64,000 bases of DNA from positions 31,667-95,666 of the forward strand of contig CAWAXX010000008.1 in NCBI GenBank assembly GCA_963786105.1. The letters are read 5' to 3'. Numbering within the stretch: the stretch's first letter is position 1; the number at the start of each line of letters is the position of its first letter. Shown here one piece after another: positions 10,348 to 19,128 of the stretch. The translations under genes and the position numbers were made by a program. The notes below the pieces were generated by a model. The model searched no databases, was not told the origin of the DNA, and saw only the letters and a program-made list of their open reading frames with translations. This DNA comes from Vulcanimicrobiota bacterium. GTDB taxonomy: Bacteria; Vulcanimicrobiota; Vulcanimicrobiia; Vulcanimicrobiales; Vulcanimicrobiaceae.

Positions 10348-10566
10348 ATGTTTGACGTGGGCGATTCTCTTCGCGCCGCACTCGACGGTGCCGGCGAACG
10401 GTTGCGCGACGCGCAGGCGGCGGTGGCGAGGGCCAACGCCGGCGAACGCCCCGGAAGGGCCGCCGATGCCGCGATGGCGCAGACCGCGCAGGCGGCAATC
10501 TTCAGTGAGGCGCTGCTCAACGCGGAGCACGCGCGTCTCGAGGAGATCAAGGCGGTATCGAAGTGA
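10348..10566 (+). CDS. Miniature FlgB-like proximal rod protein (72 aa)
   Basis: First gene before flgC-fliE-fliF; N-helix LRAALDGAGERLRDAQAAVARANA and C-helix DAAMAQTAQAAIFSEALLN resemble D0 helices. Confidence 0.55.
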   Translation: MFDVGDSLRAALDGAGERLRDAQAAVARANAGERPGRAADAAMAQTAQAAIFSEALLNAEHARLEEIKAVSK

Positions 10567-10895
10567 CGATTCCGTTGCTGGACTCAGCCGCTAGCGCGAT
10601 GGACGCACAGCGCGCCGCGCTCGACGTCGCCGCCCGCAACGTCGCGGCCGCCGAGGCGGCCGGTCCCGACGGCAGCTACGCGCGCCTGATTCCCGAGTTC
10701 CGCCTCGTCGACGGAGACGACGGCGAGACGCGCGTGCAGTTTTCCGGATCGCATCGCGAACCCGGAACCAACGTCGACATCCTTACCGAGATGATTGCGG
10801 TGATGAACGCTTCGCGTGCGTTCGAGTCGGACGCATCCCTGTTCGACGTCGGCAAGACGCTAGCCGAAAGAACGATCGAGCTCGGCCGCTTGTGA
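10563..10895 (+). CDS. flgC: FlgC-like basal-body rod protein (110 aa)
   Basis: SAMDAQRAALDVAARNVAAAE and NVDILTEMIAVMNASRAFE; GTGA overlaps. Confidence 0.85.
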   Translation: MTIPLLDSAASAMDAQRAALDVAARNVAAAEAAGPDGSYARLIPEFRLVDGDDGETRVQFSGSHREPGTNVDILTEMIAVMNASRAFESDASLFDVGKTLAERTIELGRL

Positions 10896-11161
10896 AGGTC
10901 GAGCCGCTTCTTCCCGATGCGCCGTTGCCCGAAGCGGCAACGCGCGACGACGACGCATCAACCTTTGTCTCGGCGCTCGACGCGCTCGGTTCGGCGCTCG
11001 CCGGTGCCGAGCGCGCGGAAGACGCGTTCGCGAACGGTCCGGGCACGCTGCAAGACGCCGTCTACGAGCGCGCGCGCGCCGACGTCGTTCTGGCGGTCGC
11101 AACCGCAGCGGCGCAACGCAGCGCCCAAGCGATTACGTCGATCCTCAACATGCAAGTGTGA
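10892..11161 (+). CDS. fliE: FliE-like hook-basal body protein
   Basis: FVSALDAL..AFANG..LQDAVYERARADV..ITSILNMQV C-terminus. Confidence 0.85.
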   Translation: MKVEPLLPDAPLPEAATRDDDASTFVSALDALGSALAGAERAEDAFANGPGTLQDAVYERARADVVLAVATAAAQRSAQAITSILNMQV

Positions 11162-11165
11162 AACG

Positions 11166-12638
11166 ATGGAGCACGCCGCGCATCTGCTCGCTCGTTGGAA
11201 CGCGCTTCCGAGAATCGTGCGCATCGTCGCGGGCGGACTCCTCGGCGCGATCGCCGCGCTTTCGATCGGCGCTACAGTCGCGCTGCATCCGGCGCGCGAT
11301 CGCCTCTTTGCCACGCCGCTCCATGCCGAGCAGCTGAGCGAAGTCGAAGAGCGTTTGGCAAGCTGGAACGTCGCGTTCACGCCGGCCGCCGACAACGTGA
11401 TCGTCGATGCCGGCCGCCGCAACGACGTGTTGCTACGTCTGTCGATGTCCGGCGTGCCGCACGCGCACGTCGAGACGAGCAGCGAAGCTCTCGCCAACGT
11501 CGGCGTTCTCACGCCGCAGGCCGTTATCGATGCCCAAACGCGCGCCGGCTTGGCAGGCGACATCGAAGCGGGGCTGCGCGGCATCGACGGTCTCGACGAC
11601 GCTCGGGTGATCGTGGCGCCGGGAAAAAGTGCGGAGTTTGCCGACGAGTCCAGCCGCGCGGCAAGCGCCAGCGTGCGCGTGCGATTGCGCGGCGGCTCCC
11701 AGCTTTCACGCGAGGCGATCGCGGGAATTCGCGCATTCGTCGCCGCCGGAGTCCCCGGATTGACGCCGTCGCGGGTGACGATTCTCGACGATCGCGGGGT
11801 TGCACTGGACGAGACCGGTAGGGGCGCCGACGACGCGGCCGACCTTCAGCGCTCGTTGCAGTCGGCACTTGATGCCGCGCTCGGCGAGGGAACGACGATC
11901 GTTCGAGTGCGCGCGGAGTATCGCGACGATCGACGCTCGGAGCGGGACGTTCGGCGCGCGCCGGTCGGAGGCGCCACCGTCGCTCGGGCCTCGCGCAACG
12001 AGTCGTTCGACGACGGCGGCAAGCGCTATCGCCGCCGCGATGAAACCGAGGACCGCGGTAGCGAAACGCGCGAAGTCGCGTCCGAAACGGAACGCGGTGG
12101 CCTCCGGCGTCTCTCCACCGCCGTTTTCGTCGACATCGCCCGCGGCGTCGTTCCGTCGAAGGTGCGCGATCTCGCCGCCGCAACGGTCGGGTACGATGCG
12201 ACGCGCGGCGATTCGCTCGTCGTGCAGGCGGTCGATTTTCGCCGCGACCGCGTACGGCACGGAAGCCTATGGTGGCTACTCTACGGCGCCGTCGTGCCGC
12301 TGGCACCGGTCATCGTACTCGCGGCTGGTGTCGTGGTGACGGCGCGGGTCTCAATGCCACCGTTAGCGGCGCTGCTGCAGACGATCGTCGAGCGCGCCTC
12401 GGTCAATCGCACGTCGAAAGCGGTTGCCGGATTCGCTCCGGCCCGAGTGCGCAGCGCGCTCGCGCACGAGCCGCCGCACGCTGCCGCAGCCATCATCAGC
12501 GCATTGCCGGCGGCCACCGCTGCAGCGGTCCTAGACTTATATCCCGCACACGAGCGCGAAGCGATCGTCAAGCGCATGCAGCGCCCGCATTCGCCGCTGC
12601 TGCCCGACGCTGAAGAACTGTTGCGCCGGCATGCGTGA
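11166..12638 (+). CDS. fliF: FliF/YscJ-family MS-ring protein with a C-terminal FliG-middle-like domain
   Basis: TM1; LAGDIEAGLRGIDGLDDARVIV, ASASVRVRL, VAAGVPGLTPSRVTILDDRG, TVGYDATRGDSLVV; TM2; tail ALAHEPPHAAAAIISALPAATAAAVL. Confidence 0.85.
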   Translation: MEHAAHLLARWNALPRIVRIVAGGLLGAIAALSIGATVALHPARDRLFATPLHAEQLSEVEERLASWNVAFTPAADNVIVDAGRRNDVLLRLSMSGVPHAHVETSSEALANVGVLTPQAVIDAQTRAGLAGDIEAGLRGIDGLDDARVIVAPGKSAEFADESSRAASASVRVRLRGGSQLSREAIAGIRAFVAAGVPGLTPSRVTILDDRGVALDETGRGADDAADLQRSLQSALDAALGEGTTIVRVRAEYRDDRRSERDVRRAPVGGATVARASRNESFDDGGKRYRRRDETEDRGSETREVASETERGGLRRLSTAVFVDIARGVVPSKVRDLAAATVGYDATRGDSLVVQAVDFRRDRVRHGSLWWLLYGAVVPLAPVIVLAAGVVVTARVSMPPLAALLQTIVERASVNRTSKAVAGFAPARVRSALAHEPPHAAAAIISALPAATAAAVLDLYPAHEREAIVKRMQRPHSPLLPDAEELLRRHA

Positions 12639-13137
12639 CGGCTTCGTTCCCCTCGACGTATTCTTTCGCCAATCGACGATTGCCGAGCCGGTCGCCGGCA
12701 ACGCGGGTCGCGACGAGATACCGTCCGCTGGTTTGCCGGTAGGCGAGGAAAAGCTCGTTGAGAAACGCGACGGCGGTGTAGATGCCGCCGCAGCGGTTCG
12801 TCGCTTTCACGCGGCGTTAACCGACGCCCTCGACGCCGCCGTCGACGAGCTTTTGCCTGCCATCGCGCGAGAAGTTCTCGGCCGCGAGTTGGCGACGGCG
12901 CCGGCGGACCTTGCAGCCATCGCCGGCGCCGCGCTCGGACGGTATGAAGCCGACTCCCCGATCCGATTGCGCGCGCATCCCGGCGACACGGCGGCGCTCG
13001 CCGGATTGAGTCTCGCGGTGATCGCCGATTCGAAACTTCGTCGCGGCGACCTCGTTATCGACGTGCGCTCGGGAACGATCGACGCGAGCGTAGACGCGCG
13101 CCTCGGACGCGTGCTCGAATCCATTACCGGCGCCTAA
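12631..13137 (+). CDS. fliH: FliH/SctL-like export stator protein (short)
   Basis: AIAREVLGREL, IRLRAHPGD, ADSKLRRGDLVIDVRSGTIDASVDARL; located between fliF and fliI. Confidence 0.8.
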   Translation: MRDGFVPLDVFFRQSTIAEPVAGNAGRDEIPSAGLPVGEEKLVEKRDGGVDAAAAVRRFHAALTDALDAAVDELLPAIAREVLGRELATAPADLAAIAGAALGRYEADSPIRLRAHPGDTAALAGLSLAVIADSKLRRGDLVIDVRSGTIDASVDARLGRVLESITGA

Positions 13138-13141
13138 TGCG

Positions 13142-14392
13142 GTGATCGCGCGCGGCGTCGTTCTGGGAGCCCGCGCCGGATTGGTTTTGGTGCGCATTCC
13201 CGGCCTCCGGATCGGAGACGGCGTTCGCATTGCGACCCAGCTGGGGTCGATCGGCGGTCACGCGTGCGCGATCGACGCGCGAGGCGCGTTGGTGGGGGCA
13301 CACGCGACCATCGGGGGCATCGCGCGCGGAGTGGTCGCGTGGATCGATCCGTCGGTTCAACGTTTGCCGCTCGGAATGTGCGCGCTGGGTCGCGCCATCG
13401 ATGCAAGCGCACGTCCGATCGACGGCGGCCGCGCATTATCGGGTCGTCGCGTTCCGCTCGCACCGGTATCGCCGCCGCCGTCCGACCGCGCGCCGATCGG
13501 CGAACGGTTCACGACCGGCGTGCGCGCGATCGACGGCTTATTGACGCTAGGGCGGGGAGCGCGCGTCGGAATATTCGGCGCACCCGGTGCGGGGAAGAGC
13601 ACGCTCTTGGAGTTTATCGTTGACGGCTGCCGCGCAGACGCGATCGTCATCGCGCTCGTCGGCGAACGTGGACGGGAAGCTCGACAATGGATCGACGCAC
13701 TCGTTCCGCACGCGACCGTCGTTTGCGCGACCAGCGATCGGCCGGCTGCCGAACGAGCGCGGGCGGCCGTCGTCGCCGCCGCGCACGCTTCGGCGTTGCG
13801 CGAACGCGGGCTGCACGTGCTGCTCGTGCTCGACAGTTTGGCACGGGCGGCTTCCGCCTGGCGTGAGCTCGCCGTCGCAGCCGGCGAAAGCGTTGGACGC
13901 GGGGGATATCCCCCGAGCGTGTTTGCCGAGCTGGCACGTTTGGTTGAAGTGGCCGGTGCCACGCATGCGGGATCGATTACGTTGATCGCCAGCGTGCTCG
14001 GTGACGGGGACGACCGCGATCCAATAAGCGACGCGGCCCGGTCGTTGCTGGACGGTCACGTAGCGCTCTCCGCTTCGCTCGCGCAAGCGGGGCGCTTTCC
14101 AGCCATCGACGTGCTGAGCAGTGCAAGCCGCACGATGGCGCTGGTCGCACCTCGATGGCAGCGGCATGCGGCTGAAAGTATCCGTCGCGCGCTTGCGTTG
14201 CTCGAGCGTGTCGACGACGCGCGCCGCCTCGGAATCGATCCGGTGGACGCGTATGCGCGCCGCGCCATCGAGGCCGAAGCGGATCTCGAAGCGTTCCTGC
14301 GTCAGGACGGTCCTTCGGCCGACGAAGCGTCGACACACCGCAGGATGGCCGGCATTGCCGCCTTCCTGGACGAGGAGGCGCCAAATGTGTAG
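13142..14392 (+). CDS. fliI: FliI/SctN type III export ATPase
   Basis: Walker A GAPGAGKS, GERGRE, Walker B LLVLDS, GYPPSVF, LLDGHVALS, FPAIDVLSSASR. Confidence 0.92.
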   Translation: MIARGVVLGARAGLVLVRIPGLRIGDGVRIATQLGSIGGHACAIDARGALVGAHATIGGIARGVVAWIDPSVQRLPLGMCALGRAIDASARPIDGGRALSGRRVPLAPVSPPPSDRAPIGERFTTGVRAIDGLLTLGRGARVGIFGAPGAGKSTLLEFIVDGCRADAIVIALVGERGREARQWIDALVPHATVVCATSDRPAAERARAAVVAAAHASALRERGLHVLLVLDSLARAASAWRELAVAAGESVGRGGYPPSVFAELARLVEVAGATHAGSITLIASVLGDGDDRDPISDAARSLLDGHVALSASLAQAGRFPAIDVLSSASRTMALVAPRWQRHAAESIRRALALLERVDDARRLGIDPVDAYARRAIEAEADLEAFLRQDGPSADEASTHRRMAGIAAFLDEEAPNV

Positions 14393-14448
14393 CGCCAGCA
14401 CAATGCTCGCTTGGGTGCGACCGAGAAGTATCGCCGGTAAAGCGTCTC

Positions 14449-16089
14449 ATGCGCAACCTGAAACGAACGAAACCCTTCAAGCCGCTCGCGCGCCGGCCGG
14501 CCTACCTCGCCGTCATCGTGCTGGCCACCGCGTTCCCGGCATCCTCACCTGCCTCGCCGTCCGACCTCGCGACGATTCTTGACCGGCATCTTCAGGCGCG
14601 TACGGCGCTGCACGTCAGGGCGCCGCGCACGCTGCAAACGGAAGGAACGCTCGAGGGCCTCGGCTTGCACGGAAGTTTTCACACGTGGCGCGAGGGAGGA
14701 CGCGAGCGATACGACGAGACGCTCGGAATCCGCGCTCAGCGTACGCTTCGGGTAGAGGGCGTGGAATGGATGCAAAACGCCAACGGTGACGTGCGCGAGC
14801 TTCACGGGCTGGTGGCCCGGCGGCAAGTCAGCCAAGATTTCATCGATTCCGGCGAGTTCGCGCGTCACCCTGAAAACGATACGCTCCTCGGACGCGCCAA
14901 GCTCGGCGACGGGCGCGAGGTTTGGCGGATTCGCATCGAACCGCCCGGCGGCGAACCGTACGGTGTTGCGCTTGACACGGGCACGCTCATGGTAGACGAA
15001 GAGGCCTACGTCGAGGGCGATGGTATAACCACGGTCGACTATGCGGATTACCGCGTCGTGCGCGGTGCGCTCTACGCCGACGTCAGCGTCGAATCGAACG
15101 GCGAGCGTGCCTACAACATCACGTCGCGGGTGACCGGCGTTACGGTGAACGAACCGATCGATCCGTCCGTGTTCGCGCCGCTGCAGCCGGCAGTTGTGGA
15201 CGCCCCCAATCCGGTGAAGGTTCCGCTGCTGACGGACGCCGGGCACTACTTCGTGCGCGGAACGGTCGATGGGAAGGCGCTGCTGTTCTTGGTCGATAGC
15301 GGTTCGCAAGCGTTGTTCGTCGATCCGGCGGTTGCCCAGCGTCTCGACCTCACACCTGAAGGCTCGCTGGAGGTACGCGGAGCGAAACGGATTAGCGGTC
15401 GCGGCGTAATCCCCCTCGACCGAATCGATATCGGAGACGCACACCTCCCGGCGCACGTCGTGTCGGTCGTCGACTTGAGCTCGGTCACGTACACCGGAAA
15501 AACGGTTGACGGCGTGCTCGGATATCCGTTTTTTGCGGCGGCCGAAGTACGCATCGATCCCGAATCCATGACGATGACGATTGCGAAGCCGGGCGCGCTG
15601 GCCGTCCGCGGGTCGCCGATTCCAATCGACACCGATCGGGAGCTCCCGGAAATGACCGCTCGCCTGAACGGCACGACCGACGGACGATTCCTGATCGATA
15701 CCGGCAACAGTAACGACTTGCTCGTGTTCCATGCGTTCGCGCTGGCGAATCCGGGGGTCGTCTTTTTCGGCAACGCGCAGAACTTTGCCAAGAATGGCGG
15801 CGTCGGTGGATCGAGCGCCGCGGTTCCCGCCGTCGTGGCCCGTCTCGAGATTGGGCCTTTCAACCTGTACAATCGCTCTGCGGACGTGATGCTCTCCGAC
15901 ACCGGCGCGTTCGCCGACCGCTACGAAGCCGGCAACATCGGGCTTGCCACGCTGAAGAACTTCGTGTGCACGTTCGACTATTCGAATCGCACGCTCTTCC
16001 TCGATAAAACTCGCTGGTTCGACGACGGACGCTATCGTTCGCCGACGGAAGTACTGCGACCGCGCGCCAACCCGTTCAATCCGCCGTAA
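14449..16089 (+). CDS. Secreted aspartyl protease with two retropepsin-like domains
   Basis: Signal-like N-terminus; FLVDSGS..DGVLGYPFF and FLIDTGN..GNIGLATL. Confidence 0.8.
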   Translation: MRNLKRTKPFKPLARRPAYLAVIVLATAFPASSPASPSDLATILDRHLQARTALHVRAPRTLQTEGTLEGLGLHGSFHTWREGGRERYDETLGIRAQRTLRVEGVEWMQNANGDVRELHGLVARRQVSQDFIDSGEFARHPENDTLLGRAKLGDGREVWRIRIEPPGGEPYGVALDTGTLMVDEEAYVEGDGITTVDYADYRVVRGALYADVSVESNGERAYNITSRVTGVTVNEPIDPSVFAPLQPAVVDAPNPVKVPLLTDAGHYFVRGTVDGKALLFLVDSGSQALFVDPAVAQRLDLTPEGSLEVRGAKRISGRGVIPLDRIDIGDAHLPAHVVSVVDLSSVTYTGKTVDGVLGYPFFAAAEVRIDPESMTMTIAKPGALAVRGSPIPIDTDRELPEMTARLNGTTDGRFLIDTGNSNDLLVFHAFALANPGVVFFGNAQNFAKNGGVGGSSAAVPAVVARLEIGPFNLYNRSADVMLSDTGAFADRYEAGNIGLATLKNFVCTFDYSNRTLFLDKTRWFDDGRYRSPTEVLRPRANPFNPP

Positions 16090-16122
16090 CATCGCCGCGA
16101 CGTTGCTGCCACCCCAGGGCGC

Positions 16123-16699
16123 GATGATTCGCCCCATGATGACGCAACAGCTTCATGCGAGCATTCTTTCCGCGCCGCTGGCGCAAATCGACCGCCGTTC
16201 GCTTTCCCAAGCTTGGTACTCGGCTTTGGGCCTTGCCAGCGTGCGCCAGTCGTCGCTGCCGTCAGGGAATCCGCCGAAGGCGAGCCCGGCGTCACCGGAC
16301 CGCTGCCCGAAAATCGGCGACACGACGCGCCGGGTTCATTTTTCGCCGCCGGTGCAAGCGCCGGCGCGCGCGTTGGGACGGCAAGGCATGCCGCTCGAGC
16401 GCATCGTCGAGCGCGTTGTCGAGAGACGAGCGGCGGGGTTGCCGTTGGCGCGGAAGATCGAGCGCGCCTTTCTGGATCCGCGTTCGCGGGTGAGGCGTTC
16501 GACGTTCACGGTTGGCCGCGGCGGCGCCCGCGTCCACGTCGTGCTGCAGAGCCAGGGAGATTGCGTGAGACTGATCGCGATCTGCGCGCCCGCGTACCGC
16601 GACACCGTCGCCCGGGCACTCGCCCAAGCAAGTTTTGCGCTGGCATCGCGCGGATGCGCGATCGCGCGCCGCGAGCAAGAGGACGTGCCGTGTTCGTGA
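16123..16699 (+). CDS. Hypothetical protein with possible FliK/SctP C-terminal (length-control) domain; start uncertain
   Basis: Pro/Ser-rich N-half then RVHVVLQSQGDCVRLIAIC..RDTVARALAQASFALASRG; lies directly upstream of the rod/hook-like gene. Confidence 0.45.
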
Positions 16700-17412
16700 A
16701 CGTGTCACTCAGCGCGGCCTTGGATCGCATCGCCGAGCGCGCGGCGGATGTCAGGCGCGCCTTCACCCCGGGCGCGATCCCGCAACATAGCGACGTCGCG
16801 ACGTCGGCGGAGCAGTCCGACTTCACGCTCGACCCGCTTTCGGTCGCTCCTCCCGACGGAGCCTACTTCATGACGATCGACGCCCGCGGCCGGACCGAGT
16901 ACACGCGCGACGGCACTTTTGCGGTCACCGGCGGGAGGCTCGTCGATGCGCGCGGACTCCCCGTGCTCGGCCGTCGGACGGCCGGCGGACCGTTGAGCGA
17001 GCTTCGCGTCGATCCGGTCGATGCGGCGCTCGGCCGGATCACGAATGCGCGCGTGGAGGCAGATGGGAACCTCGTCTATCCGCGCGTGGCGATCGATCCG
17101 CGCAGCGGCAAACGCATGGCCAGCGACGTCGTCGTCGGACGCATCGTTCTCGCGCGCTTCCCCGCCGGAACGAAGCTCGGCTCGGCGGACGGACGAAGTT
17201 TCGTCGCTCCGTCCGGGGTCGTGCCGTCAACCGGATTTGCCGGCGACGACGCCTTTGAAGCGCTCGCACCGATGCATCGGCAGCGTAGCCGCATCGACCT
17301 CGACGCGAGCCTGATGCGTCTCAAAGAGGCGTACGTTGCCTTCGACGCCCTTGCCGCCGCGGAGAAGGCGAAGCATCGGCTAAGCAAGGCTGCGATGGAC
17401 GTCGTGAAATGA
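16690..17412 (+). CDS. FlgE/F/G-like rod/hook protein, divergent
   Basis: DPLSVAPPDGAYFMT..GRTEYTRDGTFAVTGGRLVDARGLPVLG; VEADGNL; VGRIVLARF; SRIDLDASLMRL. Confidence 0.75.
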   Translation: MFVNVSLSAALDRIAERAADVRRAFTPGAIPQHSDVATSAEQSDFTLDPLSVAPPDGAYFMTIDARGRTEYTRDGTFAVTGGRLVDARGLPVLGRRTAGGPLSELRVDPVDAALGRITNARVEADGNLVYPRVAIDPRSGKRMASDVVVGRIVLARFPAGTKLGSADGRSFVAPSGVVPSTGFAGDDAFEALAPMHRQRSRIDLDASLMRLKEAYVAFDALAAAEKAKHRLSKAAMDVVK

Positions 17413-18191
17413 AATCGCTGACGTTTGGAAGTGCCTCGCACGACGGCACGAACGTACGCGGCGCGCGCTTCGAAGACCGGTCGTCGCTCCCGGTGAGTGC
17501 GGCGTGCGTGGTGGCCGGCGGCGTGCGCGAAACCCTGGCGTCGATTTTCGGCGTGACGATTGCCGTGCGTCTGTTGGAACCGGTTATCCCGTCACCCGAG
17601 GCGTGGCTCGCGATCGCGCGCGGTGCGACGCTCTACCGTTTTCGTGGAAGCGTGGCCGACGGCGCAATCGTGCTGCGCCCCGCCGACGCGGCAGCCCTCG
17701 CCGGCGCGGCGTTCGGGGAACGTCCGATTGCACCGGCGCCCGAACGGGAACTTTCGCCGCTCGAGCGCGAGGTTCTCGATCGGACCGTCGCCGCAATCGC
17801 CGGAACGTTGAACGCGGTGTGCGGCGCTCGCGAACGGGACGTGCTCGAACGCGCAGCCTCCATTGCCGGCTTCATCACGTACTTTGAAGTCGTCCTCGAG
17901 CAGGCGCTCGAAGCCCGTATCGGCATCGCGCTGTCGCGCGATCCCATACCGGAGCCGCACGGCAGACTCGAGATCGACGATCTCGGTGACGTGCTCCTCA
18001 CGCCGGCGGTGTGCATCGATTTGCCGGGGATCGAAGCTGGTACTCTCGCACGCTTGACGGCCGGCGCCATCGTTCCGATTCCAACGCGCGGTTTTCGCGG
18101 ACGTTTGCACGTAAATGGACGAACGCTGGCGCACGGAACGTGCGGAGCACACGACGGCCGATACGGACTTGCCATCGAGACGCTGACGTGA
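17409..18191 (+). CDS. FliM-like C-ring/sorting protein, divergent
   Basis: AAALAGAAFG..RELSPLEREVL (FliM-middle-like) and a degenerate SpoA-like C-terminus; immediately before fliN. Confidence 0.6.
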   Translation: MKSLTFGSASHDGTNVRGARFEDRSSLPVSAACVVAGGVRETLASIFGVTIAVRLLEPVIPSPEAWLAIARGATLYRFRGSVADGAIVLRPADAAALAGAAFGERPIAPAPERELSPLEREVLDRTVAAIAGTLNAVCGARERDVLERAASIAGFITYFEVVLEQALEARIGIALSRDPIPEPHGRLEIDDLGDVLLTPAVCIDLPGIEAGTLARLTAGAIVPIPTRGFRGRLHVNGRTLAHGTCGAHDGRYGLAIETLT

Positions 18192-18478
18192 CCGCCGATC
18201 CGAAGCGGAGCGGCGAGACCGGAACGCTCGACGTCTTGATGCACGTTCCGCTTCACCTGACCGCCGAACTGGGCAGACGGCGGATGGCCGTTTCCGAGGT
18301 ATTGCAGCTGGGGACCGGCTCGATCGTGGAACTCGACCGCCCGGCCGGCGCACCCGTCGACATTCTTGTGGGCGACAAGGTGATCGCGCGTGGCGAGATC
18401 GTCGCCGTCGACGAAAACTTCGGCGTGCGTATCACCGAACTTATCGGTCGCGTCGAAGTAAACCGTTGGACGATCTAA
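18188..18478 (+). CDS. fliN: FliN (SpoA domain) switch protein
   Basis: LDVLMHVPLHLTAELGRRRMAVSEVLQLGTGSIVELDRPAGAPVDILVGDKVIARGEIVAVDENFGVRITEL. Confidence 0.93.
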   Translation: MTADPKRSGETGTLDVLMHVPLHLTAELGRRRMAVSEVLQLGTGSIVELDRPAGAPVDILVGDKVIARGEIVAVDENFGVRITELIGRVEVNRWTI

Positions 18479-19122
18479 TCGCCGCCGCTTCGCGCGCGCA
18501 TGCCGCCGCGCCGCTCGACGTGCTGGCGGTCCTGACGCTGCTTTCCATCGTTCCGTTTGCGCTGGTGACGTGCACCTCGTTCGTGCGGATCGTGGTCGTA
18601 CTCTCGCTCGTACGGTCGGCGATCGGCGCGTCCGCCTTGCCACCCAACGCCGTGCTCTCGGCGCTCGCTCTCGTCCTAACCGTGGTCGTGATGTCGCCGA
18701 CGCTGCAGCACATTCGTCGCGAGGCATTCGACCCGTACTCGCGAGGCGTGCTGACGCAATCCCAGGCGTTGGCCCGCGCTACCCGGCCGCTCCAGTCGTT
18801 CATGTTGCGCCAGACGCGTGTGGCCGACATCGAGCTGTTCGAGCGCGTGGCAAGACGTAGTCCCGAGCCGGCCGCGCAGGCGCCATTCTCGGTGCTGGTT
18901 CCCGCGTTCGTAGTCGGCGAGTTACGCAGCGCGTTTGCCATCGGTTTCGCCCTATACTTGCCGTTCGTGGCGATCGATCTCGCGGTGGCCGCCATGCTGA
19001 TGGGTCTTGGCATGATGATGCTCAGCCCGCCGGTGGTGTCTCTACCGGTTAAGCTGTTGCTCTTCGTTATGGTCGACGGCTGGGCGCTGGTCTGCGGAGG
19101 CGTGGCCGCAAGCTTTCGGTAA
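18466..19122 (+). CDS. fliP: Export gate protein FliP/SctR
   Basis: TSFVRIVVVLSLVRSAIG..PPNAVL, PAFVVGEL, YLPFVAIDL, MMMLSPPVVSLPVKLLLFVMVDGW. Confidence 0.95.
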   Translation: MDDLIAAASRAHAAAPLDVLAVLTLLSIVPFALVTCTSFVRIVVVLSLVRSAIGASALPPNAVLSALALVLTVVVMSPTLQHIRREAFDPYSRGVLTQSQALARATRPLQSFMLRQTRVADIELFERVARRSPEPAAQAPFSVLVPAFVVGELRSAFAIGFALYLPFVAIDLAVAAMLMGLGMMMLSPPVVSLPVKLLLFVMVDGWALVCGGVAASFR

Positions 19123-19128
19123 TGAGGG

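Noticed and set aside
14545..16137. Long antisense ORFs (also 4019-5104, 26117-27463, 40435-42015 off-frame, and others)
   Set aside because: Shadows of well-supported genes, expected in high-GC DNA; no motifs
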